Positions 13,339 through 26,053 are shown, numbered from the stretch's first letter. The stretch is 64,000 nt of DNA from Blepharisma stoltei ATCC 30299 (GCA_965603825.1 CBFDEM010000059.1:3430-67429); one strand, 5' to 3'. A program made the numbers and translations. The notes: generated by a model not told the origin, from the letters alone.

Positions 13339-16300
13339 ATGAACAAAAAGGCTAATTTTTCTGATATCGGACTTATAAAAATACTATCTTTTTTAAAAAT
13401 GCTCAATTTGTGTTTTTCATTCGAAATTATTATTGCTCAAAATGATAGGAATGAGCTAAATAAAATTTGGATTGAAGAAATAAAATATCAATTTGAATCA
13501 GTCATCGAATGGCATCAATGCGATTATTCTTTAATTTCAGAGTGTGTAAACTCGCATCCAAATGCCATAATAATTCTTGATTTATCGAACAGCTTTCAAA
13601 AGCAACTGAGCCTTTCTGAATTATGCAAAGAAAATAATAAAATTCATTTGGTTCCTCAGAAAAATCAAGAATTTCTTTACGACGAATGGACATATAGTAT
13701 CGTTTCATCAAACTTAGCCCAAACAGATGCATATTTTGCAGTTTTAGCTTACTTTAATTGAACTCATGGACTTGCAATCACTGATGGAGATCATGCATAC
13801 ATCAAGCAGAAATTTCTAGACTATTCACAAACTTTTGATTATATAATTATAGAATCTTCGGCAAGCCTTGAAAAGGTAGTAAACAGAGTTATCAAGCCTT
13901 TAGGAGCAACATTGTATTACATTTTTGCAAATTCTGTCCTCTCGTCAAATATTCAGGAGACGTTGAAATCCAAAAAACTCCTTTCGAGAGGAGATGGGAT
14001 ATTGCTAACCCAAAATAGCTGCTATGACTGCAAAATCAATGGAGCAATCATTGTAACTGTTGCAGGACAAGAACATGCTAGCTCTCAAGAACAACTTTTG
14101 ATTAGTTCTTTAGAAAATTTAATTCTGTATTTATTAAATCAAACAGTAGAAACAACAGAAGAACTAAAAGATTTGCTGAAGATATATAGTCAGAAAAAAC
14201 AATTTTCTATTGTAAATATTCAAGACAATCAAAGAAAAATAGTTGGATCAGTTTCTGCTGGATCAGTAACAATCTTGAAAGCCTTGATTTTCCCTGGGAA
14301 TACAACTGATGTGCCCAAGTCAGATAAAAAGATTTTGCATATGACAGTTTCTGGAGGCTCTTACAACCCTGGAGCTCCTCCTCTTACAGTAGCTCCTTTT
14401 TTATATTATGGCGCTTATACAGCATGAAGTTTAATTAATGAAGGTGCACTTGGAATTTTAGCACATTTTCAAATAAATTATTTTATTTTTGATTGTGGCG
14501 CGGTTACTTATGATAAAGAATTGACACCAGCTTGCTTTGCCAAAGATATAGATAAATTTGGACTTGCACACATACCAGCGCCTAGCTCTTTAACGACTAT
14601 TGCAGAAATTGATTTTTTTAAAAGCTTTAATTTAACCATCCCAGTTGTTGGCTCAGAATCTGATGATTATTCATTGAATTCTACATCACTTTATCCTCTG
14701 TTTACAAGGGTGATTGTTTCAAACCGCTATCTTTTATCGCTGAGTTTGCTTTTATTTAGAGCTTTAGGATGAAGAAAAATTTGTGTTTTATATTCAGATG
14801 ATATATCTGGGAAATCAGAATATTTAGCACTTATAAGTACTACAGAGCAATATAACATAGAAATTCTAAATTCTGAAAACTCAAGGGCGATCCCTGCAGA
14901 TCTAAATAGAACTAGTATAAAAAATTACTCTGGAACATTGAAGAAAATCGTTGATACAGATGCAAGACTCCTAGTTTTATTTTTTATGCCACCTCCATTA
15001 TATTATATCATCGAAGAGCTCTATGATATGGGCTTAAGAAAAGGAGATCTCCTTATTTTTGTTACAAAGGAAGGAGTATTTCCAACGAGACTATACGATG
15101 ATGTTGATAAATTAAAGATTCAGGAAATTGGAGTTCCAATGATATCTATTAGTGGACGAAATTGAGTAGGTAAGGTTGGGGAATTTGCTTATTCGCAGAT
15201 ATCATCTAGATATAATGGTCACTCATTTCCCACCACTTGCTCTAGTTATGATGCGGCATATTTAATAGGGATAGCTTTGGACTACATGATAAACCAAGGA
15301 TATGATTATACTGATCCTTACCAATTAAATTTAACAATCAGAGCTCAAAAGTTTACTGGGTGCACAGGAGTAGTTTTCATTGACAAAGGTAGCAATGACA
15401 GAGTTATGGATGCTTTTGATATAATGGCCTGCAAAATAGATACAAATTCTGGAAGTGTAATAACATACAAAATGGGAGAATTTCGTCCATTTGGCAGCAC
15501 AATGTTGAGTATCAAAACTCCTCTAATTTATGGAGACGGGACTACTGTAAAGCCAGATGATCTTAGAAACCAAATTAATAAATGCCCTTTTCATGACAAT
15601 CTAATAAGGACATTTGCTAAAGGAAGAATTATCGTTTTTTCTATATGCTTTATGTTTGCTTTAGTGTCTTTCGCTGTCACAGCTTACATATGAAAAAACT
15701 GATGAAATATAACCATTGAAGAGCTTAAAGTAAAGCAAGAAATTTCACTGCAAGATATTATTGTCATGATAACTATAGGTATTGAATTTTTCCAATTTGC
15801 GGCTATGGGACCAGATATAACCCCAATAAATAGCATCCTAGCAAAAATTAGTAGCTCTCTTTCTTTCAGTCTGGAAAATATCTTTGCTCTCCAGAAAGGG
15901 ATATTTTGAATTCTAATAGATGGAGTCTTTGGGGCTATTTTATTTTGGCTAGTTTTATGCTTAGTTGTTCTACTCAGTTTAGATGAAAAATATCCCAAAG
16001 TGACTATTTTCAGATTTTTAGCTTGGCTTGCAGACTATTTAATGCCTATCTTAGGCAATTTGTGCTTTATACCCTTTGTTTCAATGTGCTTGAATGTATT
16101 TATATGCGACCATTCTATTGGAGATAACTTTACTGACAGTTTTCTTGCTGCAGACTGTTATTATTTTTGCTGAAAAGACGAGCACTTAATATATGCAATT
16201 TTTTCTTTTATTGCCCTCTTATGCTATGAGCCACTAGCTGTTCTGTGCAGGCCTTTGTGGCAAGAGTTACAGCACATGGTGCATATACATACAGCTCCTC

Positions 16301-16791
16301 CGTTTTTAATGGTAAAGACTGTGGTTCAAATCATATTAATAGTTATGAATAAAACAGTTAAAAGGGCTGATAGCACTATCCATGGAGCCCTTTTTGCTGT
16401 TCTAATGGTCGCGTACATTTTATTTATATTTAGATATAAGCCCTATAATTATCCAAGACTATGCTGGTGGCAAACTTTGAGCTTAATTGGTGTGGTTTGG
16501 CTTTCTGTGATCTCAACAATCTCATCAAAGGTTGAAGGAAACGCGAATGTTTATTTTCCTGTAGTGTGCGTGGGATGAATAATAATTGCTCTTGTCGGAA
16601 TTTATGTGCAAAGAAGAAAATATCCCAGTCTTCTGTATAGAAAAAACTTGGATACAACTCATTTATTCAAGTTCGCATTTACTTTTGGTAAGCACTCCAA
16701 GAATGCTCTTGCAAAAATTGTCCCAGATCGTCGTCCATCATCTGTAAATTTAATGCCGAAGGACTTTTCAATTGGAAAGGAAGTTGATTAA
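13339..16791 (+). CDS. Intact ~1150-aa receptor-like protein: signal peptide, two tandem periplasmic-binding type I (ANF-receptor/Venus flytrap) modules, multi-pass (~7-8 TM) domain, short cytoplasmic tail
   Basis: All ORF pieces (13339, 13912, 14521, 14938, 15277, 16255, 16606) share one frame and are separated only by TGA; ends in TAA. Module 1: WTYSIVSSNLAQTDAYFAVLAYFNWTHGLAITD. Module 2: LYPLFTRVIVS..RALGWRKICVLYSDD, YDAAY, FTGCTGVVFID..DR. Hydrophobic segments start at ~15630. Confidence 0.88.
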
Positions 16792-16929
16792 TTTAAGACT
16801 TTAGAAATAATATATTAGAGTATTGCTTATTTAATCTATTTTTAATCTATTTTTAATTTATTTCTATTTATTTTTAATTCTTAGAATGCAATGGCTTCAA
16901 AAAATCAGCTATTTAATAATTATTATATG

Positions 16930-17330
16930 ATGAAGAAGAAATTCTTCAAGCCAAGGTGTATGAATGAGGTTGGGTATGCATGCAAATTCTCTTTTCCTAA
17001 GGCTTTATTGTGCGGAGAGCATATTTAGGAGCATGCAAACTTGCCTAGTAGAGCTCATAATCTTGAATCAATTTTTATGCAGGACAAAAGATGCAATTCT
17101 TGAATTCATTACAAAAGAAAACACAAAATGTAGCGAGTTGAGAAGAAATATTATAGATCCTTTAGCCAGCGTCTTCCTAATCAAAGAAAGATTTAGGAGA
17201 TTTCAAAAGAAAGTTGGATTGCTACCCAGATGAAATAAGTGATTTCTTTGCAAAATTTCGCAAGCTTCAAAATTATTAAAGTCAGAACAAGATCCTATTT
17301 TAGGATTATTGAGTTTATCTCAACTAAATA
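16930..17330 (+). pseudogene. 5' fragment of a B-box-like/coiled-coil gene related to the Kelch gene at 51772-53388
   Basis: Translates as PRCMNEVGYACKFSFPKALLCGEHI*EHANLP..HNLESIF, then after a frameshift TKDAILEFITKE. This matches KCLRQVAFVCKCTNPETYTCEHHLKQH..HQLNPLL..GTKEAICNYISQE. Confidence 0.7.
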
Positions 17331-17890
17331 GAGAAAACAAAAAAATCCGCCTGATTCCTTAGAAAAAGTATGAGTTTTATTACTATGACGAATGGACTTA
17401 TATCATCATCATCCCTTCTTATTTAGCTCAAATGAATGCATACTTTACAGTTTTAGATTATTTCAACTTGACTCAATGACTTCTAATTAATGACCAAGAC
17501 GACATATACAGTAAATAACAATTTTTAGAATTTCAGCAACTTTGATTATTTAGCTGTAGAGTCATCGGCAAATATTGAAAAATTAGTTAATCGAATTATC
17601 AAGCTTTTAGGTACTTCAATGTATTACATTTTGCATATCTATTATTTCATGAGAAATTCAAGAAAAAACTGTTACTGGCTGGAGATGGCTTAAATTTAAA
17701 TCAAAACAGCAGCTAGGGATGCAATATTGATGGGGCTATTATTGTCACTATAAAGGCCAAGAATATTCAAGCTCGACAAAGGATTTTCTATTTAACTCAA
17801 CTTAAATTTATTGCAATATTTATTTAATAGCAGCACGGAGCCAGCGACAGTTGAAGAAATAAAATACTTAATGAAGAAAAATAACGAAAA
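17330..17890 (+). pseudogene. Internal/5' fragment of a type B receptor gene
   Basis: Aligns to ~8530-9120 with stops; ends at EPATVEEIKYLMK and abuts the 3' UTR of the minus-strand copy. Confidence 0.85.
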
Positions 17891-17929
17891 AAAGCAATAC
17901 TCTAATATATTAAATTCTAAAGTCTTAAA

Positions 17930-20900
17930 TTAATCAACTTCCTTTGCATAAGAAAAGTCCTTTGGCATTAAATCTACAGATGTGCGACGATCTGGGACAA
18001 TTTTTGCAAGAGCATTCTTGGAGTGCTTACCAAAAGTAAATGCGAACTTGAATAAATGAGTTGTATCCAAGTTTTTTCTATACAGAAGACTGGGATATTT
18101 TCTTCTTTGCACATAAATTCCGACAAGAGCAATTATTATTCATCCCACGCACACTACAGGAAAATAAACATACGCGTTTCCTTCAACATTTGACGAGATT
18201 GTAGAGATCACAGAAAGCCAGACCACACCAATTAAGCTCAAAGCTTGCCACAAGCACAGTCTTGGATAATTATAGGGCTTATACCTAAATATAAATCCAA
18301 CGTACATAACCATTAGAACAGAAAAAAGGGCTCCATGGATAGTGCTATCTGCCCTTTTTACTGTTTTATTCATAACTATAAATATGACTTGAACCATAGT
18401 TTTTACCATTAAAAACGGAGGAGCTGTATGTATATGCACCATGTGCTGTAACTCTTGCCACAAAGGTCTGCACAGAACAGCTAGTGGCTCATAGCATAAG
18501 AGGGCAATAAAAGAAATATCGCATATACTAGGTGCTCGTCTTTTCAACAAAAATAATAGCAGTCGGCAGCAAGAAAACTGTCAGTAAAGTTATCTCCAAT
18601 AGAATGGTCGCATATAAATACATTCAAACACATTGAAACAAAGGGTATAAAGCACAAATTGCCTAAGATAGGCATTAAATAGTCTGCAAGCCAAGCTAAA
18701 AATCTGAAAATAGTCACTTTGGGATATTTTTCATCTAAACTGAGTAGAACAACTAAACTTAAAACTAGCCAAAATAAAATAGCTCCAAAGACGCCATTTA
18801 TTAGAATTCAAAATATCCCTTTCTGTAGAGCAAAAATATTTTCCAAACTAAGAGAAAGAGAGCTGCTAATTTTTGCAAGGAAACTATTTATTGGAGCTAT
18901 ATCTGGCCCCATAGCCGCAAATTGGAAAAATTCAATACCTATGGTTATCATAACAATAATATCTTGCAGCGACATTTCTTGCTTTTCTTTCAGCTCTTCA
19001 ATAGTTATATTTCATCATTTTTTTCATATATATGCTGTGGCAGCGAAAGACACTAAAGCAAACATAAAACATATAGAAAAAACGATAATTCTTCCTTTAG
19101 CAAATCCCCTTATTAGATTTTCATGAAAAGGGCATTTATTATTTTGGTTTCTAAGGTCATCTGGCTTTACAGTAGTCCCGCCTCCATAAATGAAAGGAGT
19201 TTTGATGCTCAACATCGTGCCTCCAAATGGGCGAAATTCACCCATTTTGTATGCTACTATATTTCCAGAATTTGTATCTATTTTGGTGGCCATTATATCA
19301 AAAGTGTCCATAGCTCTGTCATTGCTGCCTTTGTCGATAGAAACTACTCCTGTGCACCCAGTAAACTTTTGAGATCTGATTGCCGAATTTATTTTGTAAG
19401 GATCAGTATAATCATATCCTTGGTTTATCATGTAGTCCAAAGCTATCCCTATTAAATATGCTGCATCATAGCCAAAGCAAGTGTGGGCAAATATAATGCT
19501 ATTATATCTAGATGCTATCTGTGAGTAAGCAAATTCCCCAACCTCGCCGACTCAACTTTTCCCAGAAATAGCCATCATTGGAACTCCAGTTTCCTTAATC
19601 TTTAATAAATCAATAGTATCGTCTGGTATTATTGGAAACATTTCTTGCTTTATAACAAAAATAACGACATCTCCTGTTCTTAAGCCCATATCATAAAGCT
19701 CTTCGATGACACAAGATAATAGAGGTGGCACAAGAAAGAAAACTAGAAGCCTTGCATCTGTATCAACGATTTCCTGCAATGTTCCAGAGTAATTTTTTAT
19801 AGTAGTTCTATTTAAATCTTCAGGGATTACCCTAGAGTTTTCAGAATTTAGAATTTCTATGCTATATTGCTCTGCAGTGCTTATAATTGCTGAATATCCT
19901 GATCTCCCATTTAGATCATCTGAATATAAAACACAGATTTTCCTTCACCCTAAAGCTCTAAATAAAAGCGAAGCCAGCGAATAAAGATAGCGGTTTGAAA
20001 TAATTACTCTTGTGAACATAGGATAAAGCGATGTAGAATTCAATGAATAATCATCAGGTATTGACCCAACAACTGGGAAAGTTAAATTTAAGCTTTTAAA
20101 AATATTTATTTCTGCAATAGTCACTAAAGAGCTAGGCGCCGATATATGTGCAAGTCCAAATTTATCTATATCTTTGGTAAAGCAAGCTGGTGTCAATTCT
20201 TTATCATAAGTAACCACGCCGCAGTCAAAAATAAAATAATTTATCCGAAAATGTGTTAAAATTCCAAGCACACCTTCATTAATTAAACTTCATGCTGTAT
20301 AAGCGCCATAATAGAAAAGAGGAGCGAATGTAACAGGAGGAGCTCCAGGATTGTAAGAGCCTCCAGAAACTGTCATATGCAAAACCTTTTTATCTGGCTT
20401 GGGCACATCAGTAGTATTTCCAGGAAAAATCAAGGTTTTCGAAATTTTTACTGATCCAGCAGAAACTGTTCCAACTATTTGCCTTTGATTGTCTTGAATA
20501 TTTACAATCGAGAATTTATTTTTCTGGCTATATATCTTCAGCAAATGCTTTAGCTCTTCTGTTGTTTCTGCTGTTTGATTCAATACATACAGAATTAAAT
20601 TTTCAAAAGAACTAATTAAAAATTCTTCTTGAGAGCTAGCATATTCTTGTCCTGCAACAGTCACAATGATTGCTCCATTAGTTTTGCAGTCATAGCAGCT
20701 ATTTTGGGTTAGCATTATCCCATCTCCTTTTGAAAGGAGTTTTTTGGATTTCAACGTCTCCTGAATTTTTGATGAGAGAACAGAATTTGTAAAAATGTAA
20801 TACAATGTTGCTCCTAAAGGCTTGATAATTCTGTTTACTACTTTTTCAAGGCTTGCCAATGATTCTATAGTTATATAATCAAAAGTTTCTGAATACTCTA

Positions 20901-21390
20901 GAAATTTCGGCTTGATGTATGCATGATCTCCATCAGTGATTACAAGTCCATGAGTTCAATTAAAATGAGCTAAAGTTGCAAAATACGCATCGGTTTGGGC
21001 TAAGTTTGATGGAAGGATGTCATATGTCCATTCGTCGTAAAGAGATTCTTGATTTTTCTGAGGAACCAAATGAACTTTATTATTTTCTTTGCATAATTGA
21101 GAAAGGCTCAGTTGCGTTTCAAAACTGTTTGATAAATCAAGAACGATTATGGCATTAGGATGTGAGTTAACACACTCTGAAATTAAAGAATAATCGCACT
21201 GATACCACTCGACGACTGATTCAAACTGATATTTTGCTTCTTCAATCCAAACTTGATTGAGCTCATTCCTATCATTTTTAGCAATAATAATTTCAACTGA
21301 AGAACATAAATTGAACATTGTTAAAAAAAATAGTTTCTTCATAAATCCGATATCAGAAAAATTTTTCGATATTTTAGCCTTTTTGTTCAT
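17930..21390 (-). CDS. Double Venus-flytrap multi-pass receptor, type A; intact except for one missing T near 18515
   Basis: ORF pieces 21390/20859/20271/19779/19440 are in one frame joined by TGA. A single 1-nt deletion in a T-run (GCG ATA TTT [T]CT) shifts to the 18550/18112 frame; possibly a sequencing error. Confidence 0.8.
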
Positions 21391-21414
21391 TTTTTAACTA
21401 AGTAAATTGTTTAA

Positions 21415-21990
21415 TTATTTTCCCAATGTGAGAATTTGGTCTAATGAGTCTATCAATTGAGAACTATTAGCGCCCTAATGATAGTAAATAAGATTTATTA
21501 TGATGCGATAGTGCCATGGCATAGACTTTCCAAAAGCTTATATCTCGCAGAATATGGTGCATTAAGATGAGGTTATTTACTCATATTCCAAAAAAATAAG
21601 CAAAGTGTATATTATAAAATTAAATTCTTTGAATAGCATAAATATCATGCAAATTTATAAAAATAAAAGCATAAACAATTAAAATAAAGATATTTAAATT
21701 TTTTTTTCTCAAGTTTTTTGGAATCCGACATATTTTGAAACCTCAATACTGAAAAATATGTCAGAATTTCTTAATATGATTTCTCTTAAAATATAAAATG
21801 AAATTTAAGAATCAAAAATATATGCAATCCATAATGATATTTAAAACACTATATATATCTATATTATTCATAGCTGCATATGCTTTCTTCTATATAAAAA
21901 AGTTATTAATGAATTAAAACTCTAATACAAAAATAAATAAAAAATCAGCAAAAAGGAAGCAAGGCATTTCTAGTATAGGGTTTGTAAAGA
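21415..21990. repeat. Receptor-family spacer, copy 3, followed by a ~50-bp remnant of a type B gene start
   Basis: Direct match to 7635-8300, including AAAATCAGCAAAAA..AAGCAAGGCATTTCT..ATAGGGTTTGTAAAGA; similarity stops at ~21990. Confidence 0.85.
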
Positions 21991-23554
21991 GGGATCAAAT
22001 TATTTAATATTAAGGCTTCTTCTTTAATATTTCAGCTGAGGTAAGCCATAAAATTCAATCTGGAAGGCGCTAAGAATGGCTTAAAGATAATGGAAAAAAT
22101 AAATATCTGATCCATTATTTATTTAACATTAAGGAGATTTTGACTTCAAAATTTTATTTTCGAAAAATAGCTATCTAGAGGGGAAATTACACTTTGGATA
22201 AACAGTTAAACACCCTATAAGCCAAACTTAATTAAAATTATGCAAAATATAGCATTTAAACCAAAATTATGCTTATTATGTTTATAAATCATAAGTGTGC
22301 ATTATGTAGAATTCTTCCAGAAATTTGATATCAAGTATCCTCGTGGATGCAATAGAGTCGCTCATCAGGCAGGCATTTAGGAATTTATAGATAGCGTATT
22401 TGTTATAGATAAATCTCAAGTCACCTTAATTTATATATTAGAATCTCGATCATTTTTATTAGAAATGCAATTGAAATAATAGCGCATATTGCGTATATTA
22501 GTGGATTGCAGAGTTTATTTAAGAAATAGAAAAAGATTAATTAAGTCTATTACATATTTCCTATTTTATATTCTGAGCATCCAAAATTGATGCAAAATTA
22601 TTTTAAATAAATTATATTTCATTAAGAGCTGATTAAAGTGAATGCGGGTGTATATATGAAAATTCTAAAATTTTATTTGCTAAATTTTTATAAGGTTGCA
22701 AAAGTGACATAAGGCAATAGAAAATATTCTAAAATTTAATACTATACTGAAGAGCTAGCAAAATTAATACTTGTGAATGGCAGATTGCCTTATTTAAGAT
22801 TTTATCCTCTTCTGAAGATGCTTGATAGAAAATTTCTTGAAGAGTTTTTAAATATGACCTAAAGATGACAATAAATGCTTTTGGCTTAAAGGCTATATGT
22901 TTTGCATTTATTCAGTTGCGGGTTATGGATTATATACCCTCAGAATAATTTTACTGAAACTAATTATTTGGGTAAAGCATTGCCTTTCATCTAGACTGGC
23001 ATTCAGGAGCATTGATGAAATTTAGATAAATCTCTCATTATTTTTAGACATCTTGATAACCTTCAGAGGAAATACCATAACAATAATTAGTGCATATTAG
23101 AGCACTGTAGAGTTTATTTTTATTATGGAAAAGGATGAATTAAAGTCTAATAATTATTTTCATATATACATTCCAAGCATTTAAGTCTCTTATTTAATTA
23201 TACTATATTTTAGTAAAGGTTGAGCTGAAAAAAAAATCAATGCGGATAGATATAAAACTTTTATCTAAAGAGCTGTAAATAATATAGTAACATAGAGTGA
23301 ACAGCATGGAACTTCTGATCCTAACTCACTATATAATTTTTCTGAATTTATTCAAAAAGAATGCACAAGGGAGTTTTCCTAAAAATTATAATATCGCAGC
23401 GAAGTTATTAATTATATTTTAAAATCAAGTTATTTTTCTATAACAGCCAATACAAAATATATTTATAAAATTTAAATGTATAATTTTTATTAAACATAAT
23501 GCATCAAAATCTAAGATGCTTTTTATACAGAATAAAATTAATCTGAAATGCAAT

Positions 23555-24733
23555 TTAATTGCTAAAATCAGCTTTAAGCTGAGTGCCATCAGGCATTGTA
23601 AGTAAAGATTGATTATTTTTGATTCATGGATGATTCAAGGCGATGTCAATAGTTATCCTTTTATTGAAGTCAAATTCAAGCATTTTTCTAAGCAAATCTT
23701 TCAGTTCTCCTGCAGCTAAAATTCAATTATTTTCTTCAAAATCAAGGCCTCTTTTATAGCTGTTTAGGAGATCATTCTTGCTTTGCCCTCGAAACGGAGG
23801 CTTTCCTTGGATCATTAAATATAAAATAACTCCAACACTTCAAATATCACTAGCAGGATTATCATAAACCCGACTGAGTATTTCAGGAGCCATATAGCAA
23901 GTCTATATGTAATTTACCACCCCATTTATTTTAATTTGGTCTTCTGGTTCTCAAGGATAATTTAAACCAATTATTTTGCAATTAGTTTTCACATCTCTTG
24001 AGTCTATATAAATGTTTTCAAGGTTTAACCCTAAATGAAAAATTCTGTTCTTATGAAAATAATGTAAACCGCATAAAATATCTTTTATTATATTGCAAGC
24101 CATAGAGCTCCCAATATTTCCATTATGAATCTTATGAAGTAAATTATTTCCAGGAAAGAACTCATAAATTAAAGATCAATTTTCTTCTGATTCATAGACT
24201 TCGTGAAGCTTGATAACGTTTGGGTGATCCTAAATTATTCTTACAAGACATTGGAATTTTTGAATTTCCATTATATATTTTTCTTGAGCTTCTATAGGTA
24301 TTGAAGCTTTTTCAACTTCTCTAATAACCCTTTTAAGCCCAGTTTTTCGATCTTTTGCCAAAAAAGTTTTTCCATTTTTCTCAGAATGTAGCTTTCTGAC
24401 GACTGAGAAATTATCTTTAATAAGGATTTTCAAAAATGCATGTGAGAAGCCTTCATTAAATAAGTCACCTGAAGAGTTAGTATCAGGAGTTTTTGTTGAG
24501 GATAATTTCATGTTTTTTGATAAGAATGGGCTCTTTGGCGGTGAAGGGCTTGATGATCAAGCTTTATAATGTCGCTTTGGTGTTCTTGGCGACAGTTTCG
24601 ATTTTCGCCCTATATTAGATGTTTCTGGAGCAATTATTTTGAACTCGATTTCTGACTTTAAAGATTTAGTAGAAATGGCAACCTGATCCTCTTCACAGGT
24701 GGGATCTGACCGTTTGGAGCAGCAGCAACCCAT
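23555..24733 (-). CDS. CAMK/CDPK-like pseudokinase (382 aa) with N-terminal MGCCCS acylation motif; two 15-nt introns
   Basis: Exons 24733-24245, 24229-23918 and 23902-23555 give DHPNVIKLHEVYE, YMAPEIL, DIWSVGVILY, GKPPFRG, ALNHPWI (W=TGA). Catalytic motifs are replaced: VAIK->VIRE, HRD->HLG, DFG->IGL. Confidence 0.9.
23903..23917 (-). other. 15-nt spliceosomal intron GTAAATTACATATAG
   Basis: GT..AG with A at position 10 and an in-frame TAG; removal joins INGV to TCYMAPE. Confidence 0.92.
24230..24244 (-). other. 15-nt spliceosomal intron GTAAGAATAATTTAG
   Basis: GT..AG with A at position 10 and an in-frame TAG; removal joins QCL to DHPNVIKL. Confidence 0.92.
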
Positions 24734-25543
24734 TTTCTTTGTTCTAAAAACGATAATTAAAAACGGAATAAAAAAATGTTTTGGAAGTAAATTATTCAAA
24801 AGTTGGGGTTTTTAAAGTGATATATTCTAATCTATAATCTTATGTGATAGCCTAATATGCATAATTTTATTATAAATCAATTTTTTTAAAATATCAAACT
24901 TTATGGCATTTTTAACAATAAATTTCCAAAATTATATAAATGAATAATAGTCTATTAATATAAATTTTATTACGTTTATTAAAGATTTAGATAGAATAAT
25001 GCTATGCTCTAAGGATTTGCTTATATTTTAATTAGATTATAATTTTAACTTCCCTTTTTATTAATTACTTGAGATGTGAATTTAAATTTGTCTAGCTCCA
25101 ATTAAAATAATAAAAAATTAGCTTAATTTGTTCTTATATGATAATATGGAGTATTGAAGGTTTAGGACACCAAAGATTATTATTTGCTTATCACACTTAA
25201 AGCAGCTGCCATATTCTGTTGACAAATTAGCAATAATTTTAATGCATATTCTTTCTAATAGCTTCATAAGACATGACTTTACTAAATTTCTATTATCATT
25301 CCTTCACAATATGCTTCTTTGTTTGGGATAAGTCTGGTAATAAAATCAAGAATTTATCATATAATAGTTAATATTAATAAATATAATATTTTAACATAAT
25401 ATAGTCCTAAAATTCATGTAAAATTTTAAAAAATTGGAGATAAGTGCTCCATATAAACAATAAAGGAACTGGTTTGCAAAAATAGTCCGATTTTTAAACA
25501 AATTTCTATTATTTCTATTTTAATAAGCCCCCTATAAATCAAA

Positions 25544-26053
25544 ATGAAATATCGTAAAGGAAGCGATAAAAAGGAAGAAAAAGAAGAAAATGACAAGCAA
25601 AACCAATCTGCTGAAACCAAGCGAGAAGCCTATTTTTCTCATCTTTCCAAAGAATTCACAAAATCCCTCAGAGAAGAAAACTACGAAGATGCAGAAGCTC
25701 TTCTAAAAGACCTTGCCAAGCCTGAACTAATGGAACTTATTAAACGGGAAAGGCTCAACCTATTTAAGCTTGCCCTTATCACTTGCAAACTTCCTACAGT
25801 CCTTAACTGACTTATCAATAACTTACCGACAAAGCAAATGAAAAGAATTATTTCCTCAGAAAAATTCGCAAAACTTAAAGATTTTTTGCTAGAATTTATA
25901 GTCCACTCTAAAAGAAACCGAGTTTCAGAGAAAAAGCGGAACCTTTCAATACAAAAAGCTAAATTGCTGTTTAGCATTGGGGATAAACAAGTTAATAAGA
26001 TCATACTTAACCACGTGCCATGGGTTAAAGAATACAAACTAAAAGAAAAATAA
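25544..26053 (+). CDS. Hypothetical basic, helical protein (169 aa)
   Basis: Two same-frame ORFs joined by a TGA, ending in TAA; AT-rich leader; convergent with the p24 gene. Confidence 0.7.

Noticed and set aside
16964-17233. 89-aa ORF as a real gene
   Set aside because: Composite of an off-frame start and a piece of the decayed B-box-like gene.
22000-23550. Possible gene or large IES in the long AT-rich gap
   Set aside because: No sustained ORF even with TGA=Trp, no recognisable motif, and no paralog to define boundaries.
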